The notes under the pieces: generated by a model
What the model saw: only the letters and a program-made list of their open reading frames with translations
The model's database searches: none
Told to the model about the DNA's origin: nothing
Shown here: positions 37,408-47,008 of the stretch, one piece after another
Position numbering within the stretch: position 1 is the stretch's first letter
How the letters are laid out: every line of letters begins with the position of its first letter
From: an uncultured Acidobacteriota bacterium
Lineage (GTDB): Bacteria; Actinomycetota; Acidimicrobiia; Spongiisociales; ZC4RG35
Assembly (NCBI GenBank): GCA_963724825.1
Contig: CAVRWT010000008.1
Coordinates: forward strand, 6,893-70,892
Direction: 5' to 3'
Length of the DNA stretch: 64,000 bases
Position numbers and translations under genes: made by a program

Positions 37408-38868
37408 ATGCTCTCGATGAACGCGCCCCAGTCGGCGGAGCACCATTCGAAAGTCGATCTATCTGAAGTGAGGGCGAGAGTCGACCGGATCCTCAATCGG
37501 CGACCCGCGGTCGGCTTCGTCGTCGGAGTGGTCCGCGACGGGCACCTTGAGCTCCTCGATACGCGCGGAGTTGCGGACATCGCTTCGAACACGCCAATGA
37601 CCGCAGACACGTCGTTTCGGATCGCATCGATCACCAAGACGTTCACGGCAATCGCCGTAATGCAGCTTTGCGAGAAAGGATTGGTCCTGCTGGACGCGCC
37701 CGCCAACAACTACCTCCGCGCCTTCCAATTGATTCCCGGCGACCCCTGCTTCCGCCCGGCAACGGTGGAGCATCTGCTTACACATACGTCAGGTGTCCCC
37801 GAGGTCCTGCATCCCTGGGATGTGCTCAGGCCCGACTTCGGAGAAAGCGTGAAGATGGGACAGCCGCTACCGCCGTTGGGTGAGCTCTACGGAGGTGGTC
37901 TCCGGGTCGGTGCCGAGCCGGGTACCAGATTCATCTACAGCGACTTCGGCTTCGCGACGCTCGGCCAGATAGTGGAGGATGTGAGTGGGCAACCCTTGGA
38001 CATCTATCTGCGAGACCACATTTTCCAGCCCCTCGGCATGGCCGACACGGATCTCAATCGCTCTGCGAAGGTCGAGGAGCGCCTGGCCACGGGATACAAC
38101 CTTGGCTCCAGGGGTGCCAAGTCGATCGTCGACCGACAGTGGGTGACCGCTGGAGCTTCCTCGATCTACTCGACTCCCCGGGACATGGCTCGCTACCTAA
38201 GCGCACTGACCGGAGGAGGCGCCAATGAACACGGGTCTGTGCTGAGACCGGAGACGCTGGCGAGCATGTTCGAGCCCCACTACCAACCGGAGCCCCGGAT
38301 CCCTGGCATCGGATTGTCGTTCTTCCGATTCGACTTTGGAGGGCATCTCGCCGTTGAGCATGGAGGAATCCTTCCTGGCTTCAACTCTCAGATATTCGCC
38401 GCACCCGACGATGGTGTCGCTGTGATGGCCTTCACCAACGGGGCCAGAGGGGCGATGTTCTGGCTGCCCGGGGAAATAGCTGGCCTGCTCAGTTATCTGC
38501 TTGGCGTCCCCGACGAGGTCATACGCGCCGACGTCCCACACCACCCCGAGATCTGGGCGGACATCTGCGGTCGATACCAGCTCTCGGCGCGTCTCACGGA
38601 CGCTCGGGCGAGGATGATGTTGGGCGCCGGTGTCGAGGTCTTCGTCAAGGGGGGTCGGCTCCTGCTGCGTGCCCTGACCCCGGTTCCGACGCTCTACAGG
38701 GGTCTTCCTCTGCACCCCGATGACGACAACGACCCGTATGTCTTTCGCCTCGACCTCTCCAGGTTCGGGATCGGCACAATGCGCGTTGTGTTCAGTCTCG
38801 ACCCCGAGGAGGGATCGACTTCGCTCCACCTCGACGTGATGCCGCTTGGGCTCCATAGGCGGGCATGA
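37408..38868 (+). CDS. serine hydrolase of the beta-lactamase / class C PBP-like family
   Basis: The S-x-x-K motif lies in FRIASITKTFTA. GGAGG lies 8 nt upstream of ATG 37408. Confidence 0.85.
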   Translation: MLSMNAPQSAEHHSKVDLSEVRARVDRILNRRPAVGFVVGVVRDGHLELLDTRGVADIASNTPMTADTSFRIASITKTFTAIAVMQLCEKGLVLLDAPANNYLRAFQLIPGDPCFRPATVEHLLTHTSGVPEVLHPWDVLRPDFGESVKMGQPLPPLGELYGGGLRVGAEPGTRFIYSDFGFATLGQIVEDVSGQPLDIYLRDHIFQPLGMADTDLNRSAKVEERLATGYNLGSRGAKSIVDRQWVTAGASSIYSTPRDMARYLSALTGGGANEHGSVLRPETLASMFEPHYQPEPRIPGIGLSFFRFDFGGHLAVEHGGILPGFNSQIFAAPDDGVAVMAFTNGARGAMFWLPGEIAGLLSYLLGVPDEVIRADVPHHPEIWADICGRYQLSARLTDARARMMLGAGVEVFVKGGRLLLRALTPVPTLYRGLPLHPDDDNDPYVFRLDLSRFGIGTMRVVFSLDPEEGSTSLHLDVMPLGLHRRA

Positions 38869-38977
38869 GGAAGTCCTCAGTCAATCGTCGGCACCTCCGT
38901 TGATTTGTCTCCTGCACCGCCTGGCCGACTCCGACTAGGTTGCAACACGCAGATCGATCTAGAGAAGGACTGGGACC

Positions 38978-39286
38978 ATGTGCTGCGTGTTTACGACCCT
39001 GATGCTGTTCGGACCGCGACTTGGGATCCTGGTTTGGGGATTGGTCCAGCCGGCTCGGTGGCAGGCGGCGTTCGACACATTCATATGGCCGTTGCTCGGG
39101 TTCCTCTTCCTGCCCTGGACCACCCTGATGTATGTCGCCGTGGCCCCACTTGGGGTCACCGGGTTCGATTGGTTCTGGATCGTCCTCGCCGTGTTCGCCG
39201 ACATCGTGACCTACACGGGTGGCGCTTACGGGAACAAGGACACGATCCGGAGTTACACCACTCCGACTCCGCCAGCCACGGCGTAA
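38978..39286 (+). CDS. small integral membrane protein (102 aa), hypothetical
   Basis: ATG ORF with three hydrophobic segments. No family recognised. Confidence 0.55.
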   Translation: MCCVFTTLMLFGPRLGILVWGLVQPARWQAAFDTFIWPLLGFLFLPWTTLMYVAVAPLGVTGFDWFWIVLAVFADIVTYTGGAYGNKDTIRSYTTPTPPATA

Positions 39287-39305
39287 GTCGACTCGACGCC
39301 GACGG

Positions 39306-40313
39306 TCACCAATGAGGTGAGTAGGACAGCAACGTCCGCATGTAGTTGGCCCGTTCGAACTGGGTGGGATCGGCGACCGCGGCCTGGCTGAAGGATCCCT
39401 TGGCTTCCTCGAGCGATCGATAGCCGTTGTCGTCGAGCCAGGCCGCTAGACCAGCGACAGTCTCGCGGAGCCGATCCGGTCCATTCCGGAGCAATGACGA
39501 CGCCATCATCGTCACGTCTGCTCCCGCCAGGACCAGCTTGGCCGCCTCAACGGGACCGTCGACCCCAGTCGTGGCCGCCAACGACGCGTTGATCTTGCCC
39601 CGGAGGATGGCAATCCAACGGAGCACAAGGCGAAGCTCCGCCGGTGTTGACAGGAGGAGGTTGGGGACCACTTCCATACGCTCGAGGTCGATGTCTGGCT
39701 GGTAGAAGCGGTTGAAAAGGACCAGACCATCAGCTCCGGCGTCCACGAGTCGGGTCGCCATGTTCGCCATCGACGAGAAGAACGGCCCGACCTTTACTGC
39801 GAGCGGCACCTCCACCGATCGGCGGACCAGTTCGACGAGGCTCAGGTACTGATGCTCCACGTCGCTCCCGCTCAAAGCGGGGTCCGCGGCAATGAGGTAG
39901 ATGTTCAGCTCGAGGGCGTCGATTCCCTCATCGGCCAGAATCTTGGCGTAGAGCGTCCAGCCCCCGGTGGTGGTCCCGTTGAGGCTGGCAATGACCGGCA
40001 CGGCGAGCTCGGCCTTCGCGGTCCGGATCAATTGGAGATACCGCTCCGGGCCAGTGTTGTAGTCATCCAACTCCGGCAGGTAGCCGGTCGTGGCCTCCGC
40101 GAAGGAGTCCTTGGCCCATTCCAGCCCCATGTGCACCGCCATCGCCTCGTGCTCGACCTGCTCTTCGAATAGCGAAGGCAGGATCACCGCAGAGGCGCCT
40201 GCATCGACGAGTTGGTGAAGGTGGTCGATATCACCAGTGATAGGAGACGCCGACGGCACCACTGGATGAGCCAGGGTCATCCCCAAATAGCTGGTGCGGA
40301 GATCGACGCTCAT
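39306..40313 (-). CDS. dihydroorotate dehydrogenase-like (TIM-barrel flavoprotein) protein
   Basis: Class-1 DHOD-like blocks are present (LAHPVVPSASP..., NGTTTGGW, LVLFNRFYQPDIDL). The ATG overlaps the in-frame-corrected PFOR stop (ATGA). Confidence 0.85.
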   Translation of the reverse strand: MSVDLRTSYLGMTLAHPVVPSASPITGDIDHLHQLVDAGASAVILPSLFEEQVEHEAMAVHMGLEWAKDSFAEATTGYLPELDDYNTGPERYLQLIRTAKAELAVPVIASLNGTTTGGWTLYAKILADEGIDALELNIYLIAADPALSGSDVEHQYLSLVELVRRSVEVPLAVKVGPFFSSMANMATRLVDAGADGLVLFNRFYQPDIDLERMEVVPNLLLSTPAELRLVLRWIAILRGKINASLAATTGVDGPVEAAKLVLAGADVTMMASSLLRNGPDRLRETVAGLAAWLDDNGYRSLEEAKGSFSQAAVADPTQFERANYMRTLLSYSPHW

Positions 40314-40555
40314 CGGTCGTCCAACTCGGTGAACTCAGCGGTGCGATGGACTTCGACCAGCTGTTCGTAGAGCTGCCAGCGGTCGTCGATGTCCTTCTGG
40401 GCACTTGCCATGAGCTCGGCTGAGCGATCGGGGTTGGCTCGGGCCAGCATGGCGAAGCGGCCTTCCTTCTCGGCAAAGTCCTTGAAACGAATCGTTGGCT
40501 TGCGACTGTCGAGTCGCAGACCTGGCTGTCCGGCAAGCCTCGTAGGCGGGGTCAT
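40310..40555 (-). CDS. nifJ: pyruvate:ferredoxin oxidoreductase, C-terminal tail fragment
   Basis: It reads ...RLAGQPGLRLDSRKPTIRFKDFAEKEGRFAMLARANPDRSAEL, the conserved PFOR tail. It is displaced by one base from the main ORF. Confidence 0.8.
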   Translation of the reverse strand: MTPPTRLAGQPGLRLDSRKPTIRFKDFAEKEGRFAMLARANPDRSAELMASAQKDIDDRWQLYEQLVEVHRTAEFTELDDR

Positions 40556-43500
40556 ATCGATACAACGGCCAGTAGCCGGAGGTTGCGGCCTCCTTCTGAT
40601 GACTCATCTGTGTTGACATCTCTATCCCGTGAGCGATGCACGGGCTGTAGGCGAGGATCATGGACACGCCGTGGTGTGCCTCCGCCTCAGCGAACGCCTT
40701 CACGGTCTGGGTCATGTTCGCGCCCATCGCCACCTGAGCCACGTAGACATTTCCGTAGGCCATCGCGATCTGGCCCAGATCCTTCTTCGCCGTGGCCTTC
40801 CCACCCGAGGCGAACTTCGCCACAGCGGCACGTGGTGTCGCCTTGGAGGCTTGCCCACCGGTGTTGGAATAGACCTCGGTGTCGAGCACCAGGATGTTGA
40901 TATCCCTGCCCGAGGCGAGCACATGGTCCAGGCCGCCGAACCCGATGTCGTAGGCCCAACCGTCGCCGCCGACTATCCAGACCGAGGTGCGAACCAAAGC
41001 GTCTGCGACCCCTTCGAGACGGCGAGCCAGCAGCCCATCGATGCCGGCCAACCGCTCTCGAAGGATCTCGATCCGATTCCTCTGAGCGGCAATCCCAGCT
41101 TCCTCTGTTTGATCGGCTCCGAGGATTTCCACCCCTAGGTCTCCGAGCTCCGGGAGCAAGGCGGTTACCAGAAGACGGGCATCGGCCTCCATGGCTTCGA
41201 GGCCGAGGCGCATCCCCAACCCGAACTCGGCATTGTCCTCGAACAACGAGTTGGCCCACGCCGGCCCGCGTCCGGTCTCATCTGTCGCCCAAGGAGTGGT
41301 GGGGAGGTTTCCTCCGTAAATCGACGAGCACCCGGTGGCGTTCGCAATGACCAGGCGGTCACCCAATTGTTGGGTGAGGAGCTTGAGGTAGGGGGTCTCT
41401 CCGCACCCGGCGCAGGCTCCTGAGAACTCGAACAACGGCTCGATCATCTGAGATCCCTTGACTGTGTCGAGCCTCACCTCTTCGCGCGGAGGGTCGGGGA
41501 TGGTCAGGAAGAAATCGAAGTTGGCCCGCTCTCGCCCCATATGTTCTTCCTTTGGGACCATGTCGATCGAGCGGTGCCCGACCTCGGTCTTGGAATGGGC
41601 CGGACACACGTCCACGCAGACTCCGCAACCTGTGCAGTCATCGGGAGCAACCTGCACTGTGAGGAACATGCCCGCGAGGTCACTTCCACTGGCCTCTTTG
41701 GATGCGAACCCATCGGGGGCCATGTCGAGGACGGCAGGATCGAAGACCTTGAATCTGATCGCCGCATGTGGGCAGACCAACGCACACCGGGCACAGTCGA
41801 TGCAGATCGAGGGATCCCAGATCGGGATCTCGTTTCCGATCGACCGCTTCTCCCAAACCGCGGTCCCGGTGGGGAAGGTGCCGTCGACGGGCATCGCCGA
41901 AACCGGCAGCAGGTCTCCCTTTCCCGCCAACATCATCCCGGTCACCCGCCGGACGAAGTCCGGGGCGGCCGCGAGGCGGGAGGCGTAAATGTCTGCCGGG
42001 CCGGTCATCGCGCCTTCGAATGCGACGGGAGCCTCTACACGTTGCAAACCACCAAGTGCGGAGTTGATGGCATCGAGGTTGCGGCGTACTACGACCTCGC
42101 CTCTCTTGCCGTAAGCCTTCGTCACCTCGTCGGTGATGGCGGCCATTGACTGCTCGCGGGGCATGATTTCGGAGAGGGCGAAGAAGCAGGTTTGGAGCAC
42201 GGTGTTGATCCGACCTCCGAGCCCCGCGTTGGCGGCGATTTCAGAGGCGTTCACCACCCAGAAGTCGAGGCCCTTCTCGACGATTCCGCGTTGAATCCAA
42301 GGTGGAAGGTGATCCCACACTCGGTCGGGCCCGTAGGGGCTGTTGATGAGGAAAGTGGCCCCATCTGCCGCCGCTTCCAGCACATCCACATCTTGAAGAA
42401 GGTTGAAGTCATGGCAAGCCACGAAGGTGGCTTGCCCGGACCCAATCAGATAGGTCGATGCGATCGGCCGTGGGCCGAATCGGAGGTGGGAAACTGTGCG
42501 TGACCCGGACTTCTTCGAGTCGTAGACGAAGTAGCCCTGGGAGAAGAGCTCGGTGTGGTCGCCGACGATCTTCACTGAGGCCTTGTTGGCTCCGACTGTG
42601 CCATCACTGCCCAATCCGAAGAAGACGGCACGCACCATGTCTTCGGGCTCCTCCCAAGCCTCCGAGCTGTAATCCAGGCTGAAGTGGGTGACATCGTCGT
42701 TGATCCCGACGGTGAAATGGCGCTTGGGAGTCTCTTGCTCCAGTTCGGCGAAGACGGCAGAGGCCATGGCCGGCGTGAACTCCTTCGAGGACAGTCCGTA
42801 CCGTCCGCCTACAACGAGTGGCGGGGGGCGATCTCCCTCGTAGAGCGCTCCGAGAACGTCCAAATAGAGAGGCTCGCCGACCGATCCCGGCTCTTTGGTC
42901 CTGTCGAGAACGGCGATGGAGCGAGCCGATTCAGGCAGGGCCGCTCGGAAGGCCTCGCCGTCGAAAGGCCGGTAGAGGCGGACGGTCAACAGACCGACGC
43001 GATCTCCCTGTGACACCAGCCGCTGCACCGCTTCGGTGGCAGCACCGGCTCCGGATCCCATCAGGACCACGACCCTGTCCGCTTCGGGATGCCCCAGGTA
43101 GTCGAAGAGGTGGTAGCTACGGCCGGTGAGCTCGGCGAAGTGATCCATCTCGGCCTGGACTATCGATGGAACCGCCGAGTGGAACAGGTTGCTTGCCTCT
43201 CTCGCCTGAAAGAAGACGTCGGGATTTTGAGCCGAGCCGCGGAGCACGGGACGTTGAGGGCTCAATGCGCGCAGCCGATGCTGGGCGATCAGGTCCTCAT
43301 CGATCATGGCTCGAAGCACGTCGTCCCCAACGGCGGCAATCTTTGAAACTTCGTGCGAGGTGCGGAACCCGTCGAAGAAGTGCAGGAACGGGACCCGTGC
43401 CTTCAACGTCGCCGCGTGAGCCACCACGGCGAGATCCTGGGCTTCCTGAACTGACGACGAGGCGAGCATGGCGAACCCGGTTTGGCGGGCGGCCATGACA

Positions 43501-43886
43501 TCGGAGTGATCACCGAAGATCGAGAGGGCGTGGGTGGCGAGGGTCCGAGCTGCGATGTGAAACACCGTTGGGGTCAGCTCCCCTGCGATCTTGTACATGT
43601 TGGGCAGCATCAGCAGCAAGCCCTGAGATGCGGTGAAGGTGGTGGTCAGCGCCCCCACCTGGAGCGATCCGTGCACGGCGCCGGCCGCGCCCGCCTCACT
43701 CTGCATCTCAACGACGTCGGGGACGACACCCCACAGATTGGGGCGACCGAGTTGCGACCAGGCGTCAGCGAGCTCACCCATCGGCGAAGCCGGAGTGATC
43801 GGGTAGATGGCTATTACCTCACTGAGGGCATGTGCCACTCGGGCCGCGGCCTGGTTGCCGTCGACCGTTGTGAAGTTGGGGGCCAT
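40335..43886 (-). CDS. nifJ: pyruvate:ferredoxin (flavodoxin) oxidoreductase
   Basis: A 1183-aa ORF with two 4Fe-4S motifs (CIDCARCALVCPHAA, CTGCGVCVDVCPA) and the TPP motif GGDGWAYDIG. The last approximately 70 codons are out of frame. Confidence 0.95.
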   Translation of the reverse strand: MAPNFTTVDGNQAAARVAHALSEVIAIYPITPASPMGELADAWSQLGRPNLWGVVPDVVEMQSEAGAAGAVHGSLQVGALTTTFTASQGLLLMLPNMYKIAGELTPTVFHIAARTLATHALSIFGDHSDVMAARQTGFAMLASSSVQEAQDLAVVAHAATLKARVPFLHFFDGFRTSHEVSKIAAVGDDVLRAMIDEDLIAQHRLRALSPQRPVLRGSAQNPDVFFQAREASNLFHSAVPSIVQAEMDHFAELTGRSYHLFDYLGHPEADRVVVLMGSGAGAATEAVQRLVSQGDRVGLLTVRLYRPFDGEAFRAALPESARSIAVLDRTKEPGSVGEPLYLDVLGALYEGDRPPPLVVGGRYGLSSKEFTPAMASAVFAELEQETPKRHFTVGINDDVTHFSLDYSSEAWEEPEDMVRAVFFGLGSDGTVGANKASVKIVGDHTELFSQGYFVYDSKKSGSRTVSHLRFGPRPIASTYLIGSGQATFVACHDFNLLQDVDVLEAAADGATFLINSPYGPDRVWDHLPPWIQRGIVEKGLDFWVVNASEIAANAGLGGRINTVLQTCFFALSEIMPREQSMAAITDEVTKAYGKRGEVVVRRNLDAINSALGGLQRVEAPVAFEGAMTGPADIYASRLAAAPDFVRRVTGMMLAGKGDLLPVSAMPVDGTFPTGTAVWEKRSIGNEIPIWDPSICIDCARCALVCPHAAIRFKVFDPAVLDMAPDGFASKEASGSDLAGMFLTVQVAPDDCTGCGVCVDVCPAHSKTEVGHRSIDMVPKEEHMGRERANFDFFLTIPDPPREEVRLDTVKGSQMIEPLFEFSGACAGCGETPYLKLLTQQLGDRLVIANATGCSSIYGGNLPTTPWATDETGRGPAWANSLFEDNAEFGLGMRLGLEAMEADARLLVTALLPELGDLGVEILGADQTEEAGIAAQRNRIEILRERLAGIDGLLARRLEGVADALVRTSVWIVGGDGWAYDIGFGGLDHVLASGRDINILVLDTEVYSNTGGQASKATPRAAVAKFASGGKATAKKDLGQIAMAYGNVYVAQVAMGANMTQTVKAFAEAEAHHGVSMILAYSPCIAHGIEMSTQMSHQKEAATSGYWPLYRYDPAYEACRTARSATRQSQANDSFQGLCREGRPLRHAGPSQPRSLSRAHGKCPEGHRRPLAALRTAGRSPSHR

Positions 43887-43957
43887 GCGGTTAACGCTAA
43901 GGAGACGACGTTCTGCAAGGGAGTGCCGAATGTCACGACACCGGTGGTCGAAGCGCC

Positions 43958-46900
43958 CTAGTGACCGCTCAGCTCCAGGATGTCTCTGGCTGCGGCCAGG
44001 TCATGTTCATCCAGACCTTCAGTGAAGGTGCCATAGAGCGTGGCCAGCTCTGCGCTGCCGTCGGGGGACTGGCCCAGTTCGCGCCGCAGACCGACCAGCC
44101 TGGTCATGGCCTGCAGTTCAAACAGGCGCAGGCCTCCTGCGTGGGCGCCCCGGATCGCCGATTGATAGGAGTCCTCGGCGCTGGCGTGGTCAGGCGTCGA
44201 CAGCATCCTCAATATGTCGCCTTTGACGATTCGAAACTCGGGTGAGGTCATGTCATCGGGGCCACCGATCGTTATCGCCTCTTCGATCAATGCCAACGCT
44301 CGCTCGGGTTGCCCGGCGAGCGCGTGCACCAGTGCTCTGAAGGCCAGGATCAGCGGCCAGAACACTGGGGGTGTGGTCAGCCCCTGATAGAGGTCGATCG
44401 CCCTCTCGGTCATCTCCAACCCGCGTTCGGTCTCGCCGAGGACCGTTCGACAGATGCCCTCGAGGAAGATCGCGAGAGTCGCCCACACGATGTAGTCATG
44501 GTCTTCCGAGACCTCGGCCAGGTCCTTCGCAATCGCGATGCACTCCTCGAACCTGCTCCTCTGCAGTGCGAGGAAGGCGTTGTGATAGAGGGCGTAGGCG
44601 ATGCTGTAGGGGTGGTCGATCTCCCTGGCGATGTCGAGGGCTGCGCTGACCCGGGAAACCGATTGCTCCAGGTCTCCGCACTGCCAGAGGACAAGTCCGG
44701 AGGCGACCCGCGCCACGACCCCGGTGTTGGGGCCGAGACGAAAGCGTGACGCGCTCCGAGCACGGGGGTCGTGGAGCTCGATGGCGCGATCGAGGTGGGG
44801 TAGGCCGTGCTCGAGGTCGCCGGTGAACGCCATACCCACGCCGTAGACATAGTGGCCTTCCATTTGTATGGCTAGGTCGTTCTCCCGTTCACCGAGCTCG
44901 AGGATCTCTCGCCCGTACTCCATGCCCTGGGCGAAGTCAGCGATCCCCATGTAGTAGGTCGCCAAAGCCCTCAGCACCGGGAAACGCTGTGAGGCGCTGC
45001 CATGCACGGTACGTGAGATCTCGAGCGCCCGCTTGAATTCGGCTTCGACTTCCACGTCATAGCCGCGTACCGCCATCAGGGTTCGGGCCAGCATCGTTCG
45101 CATGACCAGCTCGTCGGGAGCCAATTCCGGTGGCGAGCCTGCTTTGGCCATCACCTCGAGGGTGTCGGACGCCAGCTCGATCGCGCTGTGGTACCAGCCT
45201 TTCGACTCATAAAGAGACCACAGACGCCCGATCAGGTCGAGCATCCGGTCGAGGTCACCGGCGTCCACCCAGAATCGCCATGCGGTCCTCAGGTTGCCAA
45301 TCTCCGACTCCACATCTTCGAGGGCTGCATCCCGCTCGGGACCTTCAAGCCGCTCTTCGATGTCGACGGTGAGCCTGGAGAAGTAGTCGGCGTGCGCTTT
45401 GCGCACGGCTGCTTCCCGATCGGGAGTGTCGGCGAGCCGCTCCGCCGCGAACTCCTTGATCATCAGGAGCATGGCGAACCGCTGTGATTCGACGTCGTCG
45501 TCGCTTCGAACGAGGCTCTTGTCAACGAGCGAGGCCAGCGAATCGAGGACCAGCCCTGCATCCATGTCGGATGCCACCGCCTCCAGACCGGGGAGATCAG
45601 TGGTGGAGAACACCGACATCAGCTCGAACAGTCGCCTCTCGTCTTCGTTCAACAGCTCGTAGCTCCACCCGATCGCCCCCCACAGGGTGCGTTGCCGGTC
45701 GGGCAGATCCCGGCCCCCGGCACCCAGGACATCGAGCCGCTTGCGAAGGCGGTCGAGGAGGTCGGTCGGTGTGAACACCTTGAGTCGCGCGGCTGCCAGT
45801 TCGATGGCCAATGGGAGGCCGTCGAGTCGCAGACATATCTCGGCGACAACTGCCGCATTCTCTTCGGTGAGGGTGAAGGCTGGACGCACCGCGACGGCCC
45901 GTTCGGTGAATAGCTGCACCGCTTCGGACTCGGCGATCGAGGCGACGGGATCGCGGGGGTGGGGAAGGGAGAGCGGTGGAACCGGGAACACGTGCTCGGC
46001 GCGAACCCGGAGGGTTTCCCGACTGGTCACCACCACTCTCAGGTGCGGTGCATGTTGGAGGAGCTCGGAGAGACCCACGGCCGCTTCGGTGACCTGCTCG
46101 AAGTTGTCGAGCACCAGCATCATTTCGAGGTCACGGAGCCTCGACTTGAGGATCTGGAGCGCGTCACCACCACCGAGGACCGGCAGCTCGAGGGTCCGGA
46201 CGATCGCCTCGAAGACCGACCCCGGGTCGAGTTCGGCCGAGAGATCGACGAAGAACACACCATCGCGGAAGCGATCCAGCTGTTCGGCCGCCACCTGGAG
46301 ACCAAGACGCGTCTTGCCTGCCCCACCCGGGCCGGCGATCGTCAGCAACCTGGTGTTTGGGGACTCCAACATGACCTGGATGGCGGCCAACTCGTTGCGC
46401 CGTCCCAAGAACTCCGTGGCCTGCAGTGGAAGGTTGTGGGGCCGTGAATCGAGGGTGACCGGTGCCGGGAATTCGCTCTCGATGTCGGGATGCACCAGTT
46501 GGTAGAGATGCTCGGGAAGTGTCAGGTCCTTGAGGCGATGCATGCCCAGGTCTCGCAACGCCGCACCATGCGGGAGTTGCTCTGCAGCAAGCTCCGCCGC
46601 GGCTCCGGAGACCAACACCTGGCCGCCGTGGCCAGCGGCCATGATCCGGGCCGCCCGATTCATCGAAGGCCCGAAGAAGTCACCATTTCGACTCTCGGTC
46701 TCTCCAGCGTGGATGCCCATCCGAACTCGCAGCGGCCCGGTGACGCCCCAGGCCTCCGCACTCAGCGCCTTTTGGGCATCGAGGGTGGCCGCAACCGCGT
46801 TGCCCGCCGAGTCGAAGCGGGCGATGACCCCGTCGCCGGTCGTCTTGAGGAGAGTGCCCTGGGCCCGGTCGATGGCTCCGGTCATGATCGAATCGTGTCG

Positions 46901-46984
46901 GGCGAGGGCAGATGCCATGGCGACGGGCTGCTCCTCCCAGTGACGTGTGCTCGCCTCGATGTCGGTGAACAGAAACGTCTGCAT
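43958..46984 (-). CDS. class III adenylate/guanylate cyclase - AAA/STAND ATPase - TPR-like repeat protein
   Basis: The N-terminus reads FLFTDIEASTRHWE...TTGDGVIARF...RMGIHAGE. The P-loop is GPGGAGKTRLG. A long helical-repeat C-terminus follows. There is no C-terminal HTH. Confidence 0.9.
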   Translation of the reverse strand: MQTFLFTDIEASTRHWEEQPVAMASALARHDSIMTGAIDRAQGTLLKTTGDGVIARFDSAGNAVAATLDAQKALSAEAWGVTGPLRVRMGIHAGETESRNGDFFGPSMNRAARIMAAGHGGQVLVSGAAAELAAEQLPHGAALRDLGMHRLKDLTLPEHLYQLVHPDIESEFPAPVTLDSRPHNLPLQATEFLGRRNELAAIQVMLESPNTRLLTIAGPGGAGKTRLGLQVAAEQLDRFRDGVFFVDLSAELDPGSVFEAIVRTLELPVLGGGDALQILKSRLRDLEMMLVLDNFEQVTEAAVGLSELLQHAPHLRVVVTSRETLRVRAEHVFPVPPLSLPHPRDPVASIAESEAVQLFTERAVAVRPAFTLTEENAAVVAEICLRLDGLPLAIELAAARLKVFTPTDLLDRLRKRLDVLGAGGRDLPDRQRTLWGAIGWSYELLNEDERRLFELMSVFSTTDLPGLEAVASDMDAGLVLDSLASLVDKSLVRSDDDVESQRFAMLLMIKEFAAERLADTPDREAAVRKAHADYFSRLTVDIEERLEGPERDAALEDVESEIGNLRTAWRFWVDAGDLDRMLDLIGRLWSLYESKGWYHSAIELASDTLEVMAKAGSPPELAPDELVMRTMLARTLMAVRGYDVEVEAEFKRALEISRTVHGSASQRFPVLRALATYYMGIADFAQGMEYGREILELGERENDLAIQMEGHYVYGVGMAFTGDLEHGLPHLDRAIELHDPRARSASRFRLGPNTGVVARVASGLVLWQCGDLEQSVSRVSAALDIAREIDHPYSIAYALYHNAFLALQRSRFEECIAIAKDLAEVSEDHDYIVWATLAIFLEGICRTVLGETERGLEMTERAIDLYQGLTTPPVFWPLILAFRALVHALAGQPERALALIEEAITIGGPDDMTSPEFRIVKGDILRMLSTPDHASAEDSYQSAIRGAHAGGLRLFELQAMTRLVGLRRELGQSPDGSAELATLYGTFTEGLDEHDLAAARDILELSGH

Positions 46985-47008
46985 CAGGGGTGAATATAGG
47001 TTGCGGTG

